From assembly GCF_000143415.4 (NCBI RefSeq), contig NW_003314275.1, positions 1,775,029 through 1,839,028 of the forward strand: a DNA stretch of 64,000 nucleotides. The letters are read 5' to 3'. Made by a program: the position numbers and the translations under genes. This DNA is from Selaginella moellendorffii. Its lineage: Eukaryota; Plantae; Lycopodiophyta. The notes beneath the pieces were generated by a model. It ran no database searches and was not told the origin of the DNA. It was given only the letters and a program-made list of their open reading frames with translations. Numbering within the stretch: position 1 is the stretch's first letter; each line of letters starts with the position of its first letter. Below are positions 25,966 to 39,469 of the stretch, in pieces.

Positions 25966-27111
25966 ATGTTGGCGGTGATGAATCATGACACGAGCGCGGC
26001 CGGTTCATCGTCGCTAGGCTGGAGCGCGAGCAGCATCACCCAGTTTGATTTCAACAGCATCGACTTCGCGGGGATCCAATCGCCCAAGGCGGAGGTGTCC
26101 CCGGATTCCTCGTCCAGCAGCTACGATCTCTCGGCGGTGGTGCCTCCGCCACCGACATTCGCGATCGCGCCCCCCGCGCCAAGAACAACGACAGCAGAGC
26201 ACTCCCCTGTTTGCGTGCCGGGCTCCAACCCGCGGCCGCGATTCCGGGGCGTGAGGCGGCGGCCATGGGGCAAATGGGCCGCCGAGATCCGCGATCCCAA
26301 GAAGGCCGCCAGAGTGTGGCTGGGGACGTATGATACCCCCGAGGACGCGGCGCGAGCTTACGACATGGCGGCGCTGCGCTTCCGGGGGAGCAAAGCCAAG
26401 CTCAACTTCCCAAACGAGTCCAATCGCACCAGGAGCGTCGCCAGCGCCGGGATCGTCAAGTCCTCCTCCTCGCCGCCACTCTCCACCGCCAGCGCCAGCG
26501 TGGCCAATTCCTTTCGCGTCGGTGGCACCATGTCGGGCAACTTCCATCTCCTGGATCAGATCCAGATCCGCGGCGGGGCCAGCAGCGATGGCGTCACCGC
26601 TGCCAGCAGCGCCAGCGCTGGCGCCCCGCCATTCGCGTTCCAAGGTCTTTCGGGTTTCTCCGGATCCTCGCAGTTCCATCCCCCGCCACCGCCGCCACAG
26701 CAGCAATTCGAGACGAGTTCCAGCAATCCCAGCAGCTTGTGGCAGCGGCGATCCATCTCCGCCGCCATCTCGCCGCTCCAGACGATCAATCCCCAGCATC
26801 ACTACCATCAACACCACCATCTCTCACCACCGCCAACGATTGCCTCGTCCGGAGGAGATTCTTCGAACCTTCCAACGCCATCCACGGCAGCTTCGTGGCA
26901 GCTCCCACAGGCTCATCCGCCACAGGATATACTCTCGCTCGAGCAGATATTTTCCCAGTCCCCGCGGGTATACCCGGGATATACCGGGGAATATTCACCG
27001 GGGATGCTCCTCCGGATGCTCGAGGACCCGTCGCCCAGCCGCGCCCGGCTGGACCCCCCCGCGACCGGCTTTGCGGACGATTCCGATTCGCCCAGGACCT
27101 TCTTTCCATGA
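25966..27111 (+). CDS. AP2/ERF transcription factor (group X-like AP2 domain), intronless
   Basis: [58 protein letters not shown]. Confidence 0.92.
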   Translation: MLAVMNHDTSAAGSSSLGWSASSITQFDFNSIDFAGIQSPKAEVSPDSSSSSYDLSAVVPPPPTFAIAPPAPRTTTAEHSPVCVPGSNPRPRFRGVRRRPWGKWAAEIRDPKKAARVWLGTYDTPEDAARAYDMAALRFRGSKAKLNFPNESNRTRSVASAGIVKSSSSPPLSTASASVANSFRVGGTMSGNFHLLDQIQIRGGASSDGVTAASSASAGAPPFAFQGLSGFSGSSQFHPPPPPPQQQFETSSSNPSSLWQRRSISAAISPLQTINPQHHYHQHHHLSPPPTIASSGGDSSNLPTPSTAASWQLPQAHPPQDILSLEQIFSQSPRVYPGYTGEYSPGMLLRMLEDPSPSRARLDPPATGFADDSDSPRTFFP

Positions 27112-27354
27112 TATGCGGTGTGCCGAAAAGATTCGCTAAAGGATTCGTTTCTTGTACATGACGGACAAGCAACATCTGTTTTTTTGTGGTTCTTACATAG
27201 GAGGTCTTGGACGACACTTGACCAATCATAGATTCGATCAAATCGAGATTCGCCACCTTTTTTGTGTACTCCACCCTTTACCCTTGCCCTAATAGAACAT
27301 TCCCCAGGGGGAATAGCATATTCGTTTCTTCTTTTTAGGGCTGGATTGAGCGCA

Positions 27355-29248
27355 ATGGCCAAGGCTGGAGCGATGGATCTGGCGTCCGGGCTGGGAGGGA
27401 ACCTGAGTCGCCGCGATCTGGCGTCAGCGGTGGATCAGTAAGCGTTTCTTTCTGTCGCTCCGCGTGGATTTGGAGTGGATCCGGGCGATTGATAGATTGT
27501 AGATTGATAGATCCGTTATTTTCTTGCGCTCACGCATTGCTGCCCTCATGCATTCTCTTGTGCTTGTAGATATGAAAAGTATCACTCCTTTTATGGGGGC
27601 GAGGAGGACAAGCGCAAATTCAACTACACGGATATGGTGAGGAGCTTATCAAATGATTTGGACGAAGCTTTTCTTCCTTTTTCTAGTTTGTGCTGAACTT
27701 CTTCTTCTTTGGTTTTCTATCTATTTTACTGCTCAGGTGAACAAGTACTACGATCTAGCGACGAGCTTCTACGAATATGGCTGGGGACAATCCTTCCATT
27801 TCGCCAACAGGTAATGCGCCTTTGCATAATCCAGGCTTGAATCGATGGAGGAGTTTGCAGAAATGCTACAGGGATTAGCAAACTAGCCATGCGACTTTGA
27901 TTGTTTCCATGTCGAGGACGTAAACTGGACGTGATGTCTCCTTGTCTCCAGGTTCCAGGACGAAACACTACAGGAAAGTATCAAGAGACACGAGCATTTC
28001 CTGGCGCTTCATCTGGGCTTGAAGCCTGAAATGAAGGTATAGTTTGATGATGCAAAGGTGATCTATTTATCTATGCGTAAACTTGACGAGGTGCTGGATG
28101 TCGGCTGCGGAATCGGTGGACCCTTGCGAGAGATTGCGCGGTTCAGGTATCAGGCAGAGTTGTTTTTGACTGGGTTATCGTTTCACAGATTCGCTGATCT
28201 GTTTTCCTTTTACCCTTTTGTGACTTTGCGTGACAGTGGAGCATCTATTACGGGTTTGAACAATAATGGCTATCAGATATCACGGGGGACTGTAAGTAGA
28301 GCTACGAGATAATCTTCGTTTCTCGCTCTAAAGTTCTCGCTTGTTTGTCGTATAGGAACTCAACAAAAAGTATGGCTTGGATAAGACTTGCGATTTCGTC
28401 AAGGTACGTTTACATGCTTTTTTATTTTTTAATTTTTGTTCGATGTCAAACCTTGCGTTTGCAGGCGGATTTCATGAAAATGCCTTTAGCGGATAACACA
28501 TACGACGCTGTTTACGCCATCGAGGCCACTTGCCATGCTCCAGATGCCGTAAGCTTAAATTTTTTCTTTCTTCCAACTTCTCGTGAAAACATCGCACAGG
28601 TTGGATGCTACAAAGAAATCTGGAGAGTCCTCAAGCCCGGGCAGTGCTTCGCAGCTTACGAGTGGTGCATGACAGACGCGTATGATCCTCACAACGAACA
28701 CCACAACAAGATGAAGGTAAACTTTCATCTCTCTGTTGTAAGTAATTCACAAGCTTCTCTCCAAAACAGGCCGAGATCGAGCTTGGAAACGGCTTGCCAG
28801 ACATTCGAACGACGAGACAATGCCTCGAGGCAGCCAAGGAAGCAGGATTTGAGGTATGGAATGTTTTCTCTTCTTCTCCTCTCTTGATATGTCTCTTGGT
28901 TCTTTAGATACTCGTCGAGGATGATCTAGCAAAGACATCCCCGCTTCCGTGGTACTTGCCGATCGACCCTGGCCGATTCTCCTTGTCGAGCTTCCGCCTA
29001 ACTCGTCTCGGCAGATTCTTCACTCGCAACCTTGTCTGGGTTCTCGAGTCGATCAAAGTCGCCCCAGAGGGAAGCGGCCGAGTGAGCCAGTTCCTCGAGA
29101 AAGGCGCTGATGGTCTCGTCGCGGGTGGCAAGTACGTAAAAATTTTCTCCATCTCTTGATTTGTTTCTCACTCTGGTCTCTTTCGTTTGCTTTTAGGAAG
29201 GAGATCTTCACTCCAATGTACTTCTTCCTGGCTCGCAAGCCACTGTGA
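27355..29248 (+). CDS. SMT1: Sterol (cycloartenol) C24-methyltransferase, multi-exon
   Basis: [20 protein letters not shown]|[88 protein letters not shown]. Confidence 0.95.
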
Positions 29249-29605
29249 AGACGAATTCTCAGCGTAAAGGAGAGAACTTTTCTCTGGCTGCGAAAAACAC
29301 CATTGATGAAACGAAAGCGATCTATTTATGAGGAGTGAAAATAACAAGAGGTAGAACGAAGAACCCCGTAGCAAAACAGTAATTGTAATAAAAGGATGAG
29401 AAGATCTTCTGCAAAAATTGTTCCTGGTAGATCCAGATTCCAGGGCCCGGAAGGAAGAGAAGACGATGGATCACCCGACGAATTTAAACCACCAAACCAT
29501 GGAAGATGGAGAAAAAAAAAGAAAGAAAGAATTCGCTTGCCTGTCGATCTAATCGCCCAAGTGGAAGTAGAGTCGATCGATCCGACAAAGACGATTAAAT
29601 CTTCT

Positions 29606-30121
29606 CTAGAAGCGCATGCCACCAGGACCCGAGGCTCGCTTCTCGTTGTTCCTTCTCGTCACGTAAACGTAGCCTCCACCGACCGCGAAGATCACGCCCG
29701 CGATCACCCCAAACGCGATCCCAGCCTTGGCTCCACCTGAGATCCCAGAGCTCCCACCACCACTGCTGACCCTGTCCACCGGCTGGTTCTCCGCGGCCGC
29801 GGAAGTGGGTGGTGATCCTGGCGGCGAAGAGAGCGGCGGGAAGGAATTGCCCGTGCCCTCGTCGCCATCTGATGGAGCTGGTGCTGGGGAGGAGAAGGGC
29901 GATGGAGATGGCGACGGAGGCTCGGCGCTACCGCTGGAAGGGCCTGGAGCTGGAACTGGCGCGTTCTCAGGGTTTGAGAGCTCTGGAGAGGGCGCCGGAG
30001 AGAACGAGGAGGGGCCGGGCCCGGGCGCCCCGGCCGGCGGAAGCTGCGAGACGACAATGCCGGTGTGGAGGAGCAGTAGAATCGATGCGAGGAGGAGGAG
30101 AGGGACCGCTCCGGGCCTCAT
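29606..30121 (-). CDS. Pro/Ser/Ala-rich (AGP/HRGP-like) single-pass membrane protein
   Basis: Signal peptide, APAP/SPSP-rich ectodomain, TM segment GAKAGIAFGVIAGVIFAVGGGYVY followed by basic TRRNN and a short tail. Confidence 0.8.
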   Translation of the reverse strand: MRPGAVPLLLLASILLLLHTGIVVSQLPPAGAPGPGPSSFSPAPSPELSNPENAPVPAPGPSSGSAEPPSPSPSPFSSPAPAPSDGDEGTGNSFPPLSSPPGSPPTSAAAENQPVDRVSSGGGSSGISGGAKAGIAFGVIAGVIFAVGGGYVYVTRRNNEKRASGPGGMRF

Positions 30122-31252
30122 GGCGCTGGATGATCCAAAAGCCCTACCAAGGGGAAAAAGAAGGAGAATGCTTTCCGAGGAGCAAGAAATCCCAAACCTT
30201 TCGAGCGCGCTAGCTAGGATCTAGCGTTGTCACTGATCAGCCGCGCGGGTCTCGCGGCCAAGATCCAAAGATTCGCGCTGCGCGACACAGCGTTGAGATC
30301 CCTAGGAAGGAAATGGAGAAATTTGAGAGCGAGGCATACCGGAGTCCACGAATTCAAGCTCGGCGCTCGCGAAACCTGGCCAGATCTGGCGACGTTGGCA
30401 CCGCCCCAACCGCGTACGCGAAAGCGGGTGAAGAACAAAGAATGGGCGCCAAAGACTAGTTAAACCCTCGCTAACCGACCGCAGTTAAAACTTAACCGCC
30501 ACACTTAGGCTAAAGAAGGAGGAACCGCTAGGATGCTGACACGTGTTCGCACGTCTGGATGCCCTAATTAGGGCGGGGGCGTGGCAGAGCCGGCAAATGT
30601 GAATTACAGGGAAGATCTTGCTCGTATGACGATGGAGTTTCATATAGCGGGATCTTGTGGAGAAATTTTCTCGCAGATTACGCTTGCATTGACCAGGGCA
30701 ATGAACAGGCTGCCGCCATAGCCAGGGCGGTGTTTGATCGCATCGCACGCCAGATCTTCTGTTGGTCCATCGATGATTCATCGCTTTCGTCGACTGCACG
30801 AGTCGAATCGATCACTCCCTTGCGAAGCAATTGGGGCTTTTTTTTCTTGGATAGTTTTGGCGGCAAGAGCGGGGCATATCTCCGGAGATTCATTTTTTAA
30901 AAATCGCCTTAAAGATTAGTATATTCTCCCGTGAATTTTGGAGAGATGGACGGCTGCGATGCGCCTGATCTATCGAATCTTCAAAGAGATGGGCTGGCTG
31001 CGTGGAGGGACAACCGAACACTGTGGCCATGGCGGACGAACCCTAGTCTACAGGCACGAGCGCCTAGGGTTTTTCCTGGAGGAATGGGGGCGGGCAGGCG
31101 CGGCGGATCGCGGCGAGAGCTAGCGAGGTACGATTGATGCCCGCATTGTCGATGACGCCGCCGCTCGGATTCGCCGTGAGCTGCTGCTCGATTCCAGATT
31201 CGTGTTGCCGGCCTATGAGCTGAAAGGAGCAGTGGTAGCGGCGGGAAGAACC

Positions 31253-33342
31253 ATGGGGCAGATTATCGACGAGGAATCGCCTTACAGCCACAGCCCAGCT
31301 CATTGGGCTGTTGCCCGGGGCGATCACGCGCTGCTTCGACGGATTCTCAATGGGCTTCCAAATCTCCCCAAGGCTGGAGAGGTGAAGCTCGAGGCAGAGT
31401 CACTGCGAGCGGAGGAGAAAGCCGAGGTGCTCTCTTCGGTGATCGATAGGCGCGATGTGCCAGGGAAGGAGACGCCACTTCACTTGGCTGTCCGGCTGGG
31501 AGACGCTACAGCAGTGGACATGCTCATGGCTAAAGGCGCCGATTGGAGCTTGCAGAACGAGAGAGGATGGAGCTCCTTGCAAGAGGCCGTGTGTACTCGC
31601 CAGGACGCTCTTGCGATGATCATCATCAAGTACTACCAGCCTCTAGCTTGGGCAAAGTGGTGCCGGCGCTTGCCAAGGATCATCGGCTCCATGACGAGGA
31701 TGCGTGACTTTTACATGGAGGTGACTTTCAACTTCGAGAGCTCCGTGATCCCGTTCATCGGCCGCATTGCTCCATCCGATACATACAAGATATGGAAGCG
31801 GGGATCCAACCTCAGGGCGGATATGACTCTGGCAGGCTTCGATGGGTTTTGGATCCAGCGGTGTGACCAGAGCTTCTTGTTTCTCGGGGACGGGACCCCG
31901 GACGGGAAGCTCCCACCAGGCTCGCTTTGTCTACTGAATCACAAGGAGAAGGAGGTGATGAACGCGTTGGAGGGGGCCGGAGCTCCACAGTCCGAGATGG
32001 ATATAGCTCAGGAGGTGGCAGCTATGTCTAAGACGAATGTTTACCGTCCGGGGATTGACGTCACAGGGGCCGAGCTTGTCCCCAACTTGACTTGGAGGAA
32101 ACAAGAAAAGGTGGAGATGGTCGGGCAGTGGAAGAGCAAAGTTTATGACATGCACCACGTTGTGATCAGCGTTCGCTCGCGAAGGGTCCCGGGGGCAATG
32201 AGCGACGCCGAGCTGTTTGGCGTGCACGAAGAGAGGGAGGAAGAGGACGAGGAGTATGACGATGGAGGGTATAAGGACTTACTCACAGAAGATGAGCAAC
32301 ACCAGCTTACGAATGCGTTACGGGTCCAGAGTGGGGAGTTCGACGACGAGGGGTTTGTGGAGGCTAGATCAAGCCTTGCGAATGGTACGCTGGCGGAGGC
32401 TCTAGCGGAAGAAGACGATCACGAGGAACTCAGGCGAGTACCATCGAAGGAGAAGAAGAAATGGTTCCGGTTCCCGAAGAAGAACACCACCAGAGACACC
32501 ACGAAGAAGGTCGTTCCGTACAGGGGTTCTGTTAACATTGACGAGAGAGGACCAGCTGACAATGATCCGGACTCAAAGCTGTTGAGACGGCATTCGGACT
32601 TTATAGCGGAGGAGGGCATGTCAAGGAAAGGGAAAGAAAAGATTGGAAGGCAGAGCAGTAGCAGGGAAGCAGTTCGGTCCAAAGTTCCTGCCAGTGACGA
32701 CACAGAGAGCGAATACAAGAAAGGTCTACGTCCAAGTCTGTGGTTAACGAAGGATTTTCCACTTAAAACGGAAGAGCTCATACCTCTGCTCGACGTTTTA
32801 GCCAGTAAAGTGAAAGCCATTCGGAGATTACGGGAGCTACTCACGACAAAGCTTCCGCCAGGAACTTTTCCTGTAAAGGTACGGACTTTACTTTGGATTT
32901 TTGCACTTTCTGGATCTTCTCGACTGTATTATTCTCTTTTTCTTTGCAGATGGCCATACCGGTTGTCCCGACAATCAGAGTGGTCGTGACTTTCAGCAAG
33001 TTTGTGGAGCTGGAACCCGAAGAGTTTCACACTCCACTGTCGAGTCCTAGCCAGTTTGATGACGAAGAGGTTCCTCTGAAGGGACCAAAGGCCCCTCGAG
33101 AGTCTTCGTCTACTTCAAGCTCCTGGATTCCGTGGATAAGGAGCTCCCAGAGCACAGGGAAGGCGGTGTTCCTGGAGGACCATCTGAAAGAAGAGCCTGA
33201 TCCTTTCCTCATTCCGGAAGATTACACTTGGATTGATCTCAACGAAAAGAAGAAGCGGATGAAGGACAAGAAGAGCAAAAGGAAGAAGAACAAGAAGCAG
33301 CAGCCTGATGCATCAGCTGCGGACACAGACTCTAATCCTTGA
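31253..33342 (+). CDS. ANKRD13-like ankyrin repeat protein; exons 31253-32878, 32950-33342
   Basis: HSPAHWAV, ETPLHLAVRLGD, QNERGWSSLQEA, DFYMEVTFNFESSVIPFI..APSDTYKIWKRGSNLRADMTLAGFDG, DFPLKTEELIPLLDVLA, LPPGTFPVK|MAIPVVPTIRV. Confidence 0.9.
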
Positions 33343-33727
33343 GAGGAACAGAGGTACGCTGACAGTTTTCTTATTTTAAGTTTTGTATCGCTTTCTTACG
33401 TTGTGATGAAGCAGGAACAATCACCATGATGGTCGCTTTCACGCAGGTTCCAAGCAGCATTGCGTGCGTTTCGTGTGTATACCAACTTTGTGTGAATTCT
33501 CAAAACTGGGGCCCGATTATTTGATCCCCGAGCGCACATCGCTGTCTGTCAGTAACTCCCAAAGCTTTGAAGCAGCTCCAGAAGCGTCCATAAATCGAGA
33601 GAATCTATCTAAGCGCTCTCCTTTCCATAAAATGCTCTGATCTCCTCTCTCTCTCCCTCAATCAATTCAGTGTCGTTGCTATCGAGTTCCTTCCTCTTTT
33701 CTCTCGTCATTTTTCTTGGGGAGTGTT

Positions 33728-35322
33728 TCACTTTACGCCATAGTTGCTTGCAGGGACTTGCTTCTTGCGAGCGCAGACCATAATGTAAGAGTCAATTTTG
33801 ATTTTCTGATAACTGACCAGGCCGCTCGTCTCGAACAGCTCGTCCAGTTCATCCTCAAAGAAAAAAATTTTGGTGCCGAAGATCTTCTCTGCAGCCTATA
33901 CACGAGAAAGGTAAGGAAGTGATCGAATATTTCATGAACTTGTATACCAGTCTCATAAACTTCTGCGTTGTTTGCAGCTTGGATTTCCATCTGGGAAGGA
34001 ATGTGGTCGCAACCAGGACTCCTCCAGGACGAAGAACACGACAGATCTCTGCAATCTGAGAAAAACGAGAAGGGAAAAGCTGAGATAAGTTTTTCTTTTT
34101 CTCTGGTTCCATCAAGTTAACGTATTACTGCTATTGATGGCGACTCCCAGCAGTGCAATGCAGCTCCTGAATAGACGGCCGAGATGCTGCCCGATGCGAA
34201 AGGAAGCCTCGATGCATCGGCTCTGACGAGAACGACTTTCCTGAAGAAGAAAGGATAAGGAGGTTTCAATCACACAAGAAGGACAGACGGCTCACTCGTT
34301 CCATGGAGATTGCTTCTCGTTGAGCAACGCATGGCACTGGATCAGCATTGCCTCGGAGAAGTCTGCCGCAACCACGGCGGTGAAGGTAGCGGACTTTGCA
34401 AACCGTCGAGAGTGGAGGCCGGTGCCACAGCTGATGTCGACGAGCAGATTCTCTTCGTCAGGTCTGGAGGGATCAACAGCAGTTTGGAGGAAAGTTTCGG
34501 CCAGCTCCACCTGAAGAACAAAGAGTGAGTCGAGACGATCGCTGCGAGTTGGAGAGAATGGAGAAGCAACCTCTCTGTCGGGACCGGGGAACCCAAACTT
34601 CTCGAAGCTCTTGCGCCAGTTCTCCTCGTAGATGAGAGAGATCCATTTCGTCCTGCGAGAAGGTAAGGTTTGATCATCACTCCAAGCGTTTGTTAGCGAG
34701 TAGCTCTTTCTTTTTTTATGTGTAGGCGACAAACCTGAAGAGCCTCACTCCAATTGGAAGCGTCTCCTGCCAAGTGCTGCGATTGGCACCCAGCGTCAAA
34801 TCGATGAAAGTTCCATCGCTGGGAAAGTCCTTGCCGCAAGTTTGGCACCGCAAGATTGACTTGGCGATTGCTGCGCTGCAAGAGAAGAAGAAAAAGCGAT
34901 CGATCGACCGAAGAAGATAAGAAAAAATGGAGAGAAAAAAAAAGAGAGAAGGAACCAAACTTACCGATTAAATCCTTGGGGTCCATGCCGGCTGAGTGGC
35001 TCCAAACATGTGGGACAAGCAAGATTTCTTGGGCTGGTTGTCTGGAAAGAAAGAAAAGCAAGAAAAAGTATGAATTGAGTTGACTGAAAGGGATCGCATT
35101 GCTAGAGGGAGAATGAGATCACACCTGAGTAGAGAGCGGCGGTGGTGGAGATTTTTGAGCGATAGCCATGAAGGAGACGAAGAATTGAACGCGGCGCCGC
35201 CAATTCCAGCGGGGCTTGTCTTGTTGGAGCCGGCAATTGCTGCTCCCTGCTGCTTCCTGGGGAACAAGAGCGCGGTTTAGTGTCGTCACTCTGGGGACCA
35301 AACGCGCAGCAATGCCCCGCAT
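33728..35322 (-). CDS. Plastid-type SAM-dependent methyltransferase (Methyltransf_11/UbiE-like), multi-exon
   Basis: CPTC..CQTC zinc ribbon, SLIYEENWRKSF..GFPGPD.E, LVDISCGTGLHSRRFAKS, ADFSEAML, VRADASRLPF, GAALHCW.SP, EICRVLRPGGVLVATTFL. Confidence 0.88.
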
Positions 35323-36901
35323 CAAATCCAAATGCTGGAGGAAGGATTGATTGGAGTGACAAGCCGAGAAGAAGATAATCTAAGACCAGCAAAGAGGAGG
35401 AGGAGGGGATGAAGCATTCATCCAAGATCTATCCATGCTTGCTCTTGCTCGTGTTCTTGGCTAGTTTTGCTGCTAGCGCTGCCAGTGGTGAGTGTCACAG
35501 GAGAAAACAATATAGCAGTCGTCATCTGGGATTTTTTGCGCTACACACAAGTGTGAATGTGTGTGCCAATGAATGAATGAATGCCTACACAACTAATACT
35601 GTCTTGCTCATAGCTAGGGAGCTAAAAAATCCCCTCTTTCTCTTTCTCTCTCTCTCTCACACTCTCTCTCTAATCGATCCCTCTCTTTCCATCTCTCTCT
35701 CTATCATCTCCTCCTCCAATCTCTTGCTTCACACACACATTGCCGAGAAAAAGAAAGGGATTGATTGATTGATTGATCTCCCCTCTCTTTGTTTTTTCCT
35801 CTGCGCAAACACACCATAGCCAACAACCATTCACACCCAACAGCAAGACCACAGCACAAATCCGACAAAAATTCGCCGCAGGCTTTGCCTTGCATACCAG
35901 AAATCGTCGTCGTCGTTGTCGTCGTCGTCGTTGCCGTCGATACCAATCGCGAGCGCTATCGCTGCAAGGAAATTTCGATTCATCCATGGATTGGCTGCCC
36001 ACTCTTATACCACTGCCTCTCTCTCTCGCGAGTGGATTCTTTACCATTTGTTTCGCGCTATATTTTATGCGGCTCCGAGGGAAGTCCATCCCGCGATTGT
36101 CAGCAGCTGGAAGAGAAATTGTCAATGCCACGACTAGTTTTTCTAGTGGATTGTTTACTCTTTGCGGACCGATTGGATCCAGAACTGGAAAATCATACTT
36201 CTAAATGATTGACCAAGCGACGATCCCTCCATGAATCTCATGGGGATCCCCCGCGGCAAAAGGAAGAGAAATCGATTTGGGTGGGTCGAAACCGCCAAAT
36301 TGGGCGCCACTGGGCGCCGATTCGATCCGATTGTCCGCTGCCTGGAGCGCGATCGATCATCAATCGACCAAGAACAAATAAACGCTTTCATAGAAGCCAC
36401 TAAACTATGGAGATTGTACGCTCCCCACCATGATCCTCAAGATCACACACCACACAAGGGTGGCTGGTGGAATAATAAATCACATATTCCCCGGATTTTG
36501 AATTTGAAATGGATGGATAGCGCCTTTGCCCATTTAAGGCACATACGCTCATACTCGTATCTATACCGTGGCTCATACGTCTCGGTCGTATAACGTTATT
36601 CCTCATTCAATACCGACGGCTCCGTACGGCAAGTGGGCCACCCTCTGGGCCAGGCTGGCCCATCGTCCAGGGCTCGATTCTCGTTAAGCGCGTGAAAGCT
36701 TGCGTTTGATGATTAAGCGAATTTTTAGTTTGGAGCTCATGCGATTGATTAACAGTGATAATGGTTTCAATATTACATACATACAACAAGCAGTAGTAGC
36801 ACCACCACCAATGTAATAATTCTGTGTGTGTGTGTGTGTGTGTGTCAAAACTTGGACGAAGAAGAACGAAAGAATTCCCTGTTTTCGAGTGTGGTTTCGC
36901 A

Positions 36902-39469
36902 TCAAAGGTGCTGTAATTGTACTCCAGCTTCGTTGTCGTGCTGCTGTTCTTCGATGGTCTGTTCTTCGATGGTTTGATACGAGTGCTGCTTGTTCCTGCG
37001 AAATCTCCACAGCTGCCAGTAAATTACACCTCCGGCCGTGCAAACCAGAATGATGCAAACGGCGACGATCAGTGTCGCGGCAGCGATCTCGCGCTGACGA
37101 GATCCTCCCATTTGCCTGAAACTAAACGTAGGACTGAGCTGTCCGGAAGAATTTTTTTCTTGAGAAGAACTTACTTTTGGCGCTCAAGAACTCTACAGCT
37201 GGTGAGATTGTAGACTCCAAACACCTCCGACAAGTGGACTTCATGCCGCTCCAAACGTGAGATGAGCTGCTGCCAAGTTTTCTCACGTCTTAGTGCCCGC
37301 AGAAGAAAACGACACGAACATTACCTTGGTCGAGTCCATCTCATTTGGAAAAGCCATCCAAGCCACCACGATACTGCTCCCAGCAGCCGTGAAGTTGAGA
37401 ATTCTGACCTGAGAAAGGCTGTCAATGACAAAGAGTTTTAAGCCGTAGAGTTGTACCTGATCGAGATCTAAATCCAGCTCTCGGGCTACGTCCTTGACGA
37501 ACTCCGCGGTTAAGCTGGCAAAAGTGGTGTAATTCGTTGCCAGCAGCATGCTGACTTCGATAGCTCCGGCCATGTCTCCTGCGCCAACAGAAGGAGACGG
37601 GGCCGGAGGGAGCAAGAACTGAGCAGGCTGTGTCGAGTGACCGGGCTCGTTCGTCTCGGGCAGTCTGCTCCACAGGTCGTTGCACTTCGTCTTTAAGAAT
37701 CCAATCGATGCCTTTCCACGGTTGTAAGTCACAAGCATGTTTCTCACGATAATCCCTGCCATGATTCGGCAACGTCGCCAAGCTGAGAATCATCAAGTAG
37801 AGTTTGTACCTCCTAATAAAGTTGTCGGGTCTCCGTTCTCAAACACTCCCAAGCAGTACGCTCCAGAGATTTTTGTGTGCTGCGATGTTCACATGTGAAG
37901 AGAGAAAGAATGAAACCAATGTTTTTCGACTTTGGAAACACTTAAAGACAATCTCACCCGAAACAGGTAGTTCTCTGGCGAGAGAGTTACGCTCTGACCA
38001 TCTCCGAAAACGAAATCCACGGACGGGAAGAACTGGGACAGATTGGAAACGTTCCTGTTGCGAAAGGAAACAGAAGTTAAGGGTGGGTTGAAATGGCATC
38101 TGCATGTACACTCACGTCCCGGCCCCGGCGTAGCAAATATCTTTAAACTTTTCATCCGGACCTGGCACCTCCTTAAGGCTTCCAACCTGTTCCTTCACCT
38201 GGAAGAAAAGGATTTCAAAAGATTCGTAAGCGTGATTGACAGTTACGAGCTCTCTCTCGCACTTACTGCACTTTTAAAAGCCTGAAACGCAGCTCCAGGG
38301 AAGTACGCGTATGTCGTTCCGCTGTCCAGAACGGTGCCATACTTGCCATCAAAAACTTCAGGCTTTAAGCGCAACGGGCTACCACCAACACGAATTCCTT
38401 TGAGCATCAAGTTGTAATAAGGACTGGAAAAAAAGAAGATGTCAACTCTAACAAAGTCAGAAAGAATGAAAGAATACCTGCGATGGGGATCAGACGACGT
38501 AAAAACCATGTCTTTTGGGGGCTGAAAACCACCGAGTATCATCGCACCACCCCCCTCGTCCATCCCTCCATAACAGAGAGAGAAAACGTCCTCCATGGCA
38601 TTCTTCTCAACGAGCTGGTCGATGATGCTCAAAGGACCTCGTCCCAGTCCGATAATTCCATCGGCAGTCTGATCATACAAGTCCCCCGTCTCCGCAGTCT
38701 CGCAGCCGAAAACGAGACGCTGGCCACCGAGATCACTGCTGTTGCTAAAACTTATCACGTCCTTTCCAAGCACTCCACTGCTTGTGCTCTTCTCCGCATA
38801 CTGGCGCTGATACTTGCCTGCGGGAGACTTGAGAGCCTTGCAAAAAGCTTGTGAAAAACTTACAGAAGTGCTACTTACAACGTGATCCATCACAGAAACC
38901 CGTGCTGCATTCGTTCCCACACTCGAGAGGCTTGTAAGAGGACGACAAAGCTGGAGAAAATCTGGGATCCTGCAAGAAAAAAAAAGAGCAAAACATTGTT
39001 TTGGGAGAAACAAAGGAAGATCTATCTACCTGGTGATTGCCACAGTGAGNNNNNNNNNNNNNNNNNNNNNNNNNNNNNNNNNNNNNNNNNNNNNNNNNNN
39101 NNNNNNNNNNNNNNNNNNNNNNNNNNNNNNNNNNNNNNNNNNNNNNNNNCTTCCAGTGTCGACAATGAGAGAAAATTCGTGAGGTGGTGTTCCAATCTTA
39201 ACTCTGCTTGTATAATACCTGCAAGAATTTGGATTGAGCGTGGCTGCGCCAGAGGAGAGAAAGGAGCAAACGAAATTCGAGACAACAGACCCTTTAGTGA
39301 GGAGATCGTCGTGTAAATCCATTCGCGCACTTCCTAGCAGCTCCCTGTCGCGCCTACGATGAGAATTTGCGACGAGCTCCAACGGCATTACCATCGGATT
39401 GGCGAAGACAGAGAGGATTCCTAGTTGAGCCAGTGACAATCCAAGGAGGAACAGAGCCTTGTGCGCCAT
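36902..39469 (-). CDS. A1-family aspartic protease with C-terminal extension and TM helix (spans the gap at 39050-39149)
   Basis: Signal peptide, ARMDLHDDLLTKG|YYTSRVKIGTPP.EFSLIVDTG, FGCETAETGDLYDQ.ADGIIGLGRG, VLDSGTTYAY, GIIVRNMLVTY and a C-terminal hydrophobic helix IAAATLIVAVCIILVC. Confidence 0.92.

Noticed and set aside
25966-35322. Biosynthetic gene cluster (ERF + SMT1 + methyltransferase)
   Set aside because: SMT1 is a primary-metabolism gene, the neighbours are functionally unrelated, and there is no scaffold enzyme or P450. Proximity reflects genome compaction.
36005-36530. Partial matches to miR408 (CACTGCCTCT) and miR390 (GGATAGCGCC)
   Set aside because: Only 10-14 nt match, and no complementary star arm or hairpin is visible nearby.
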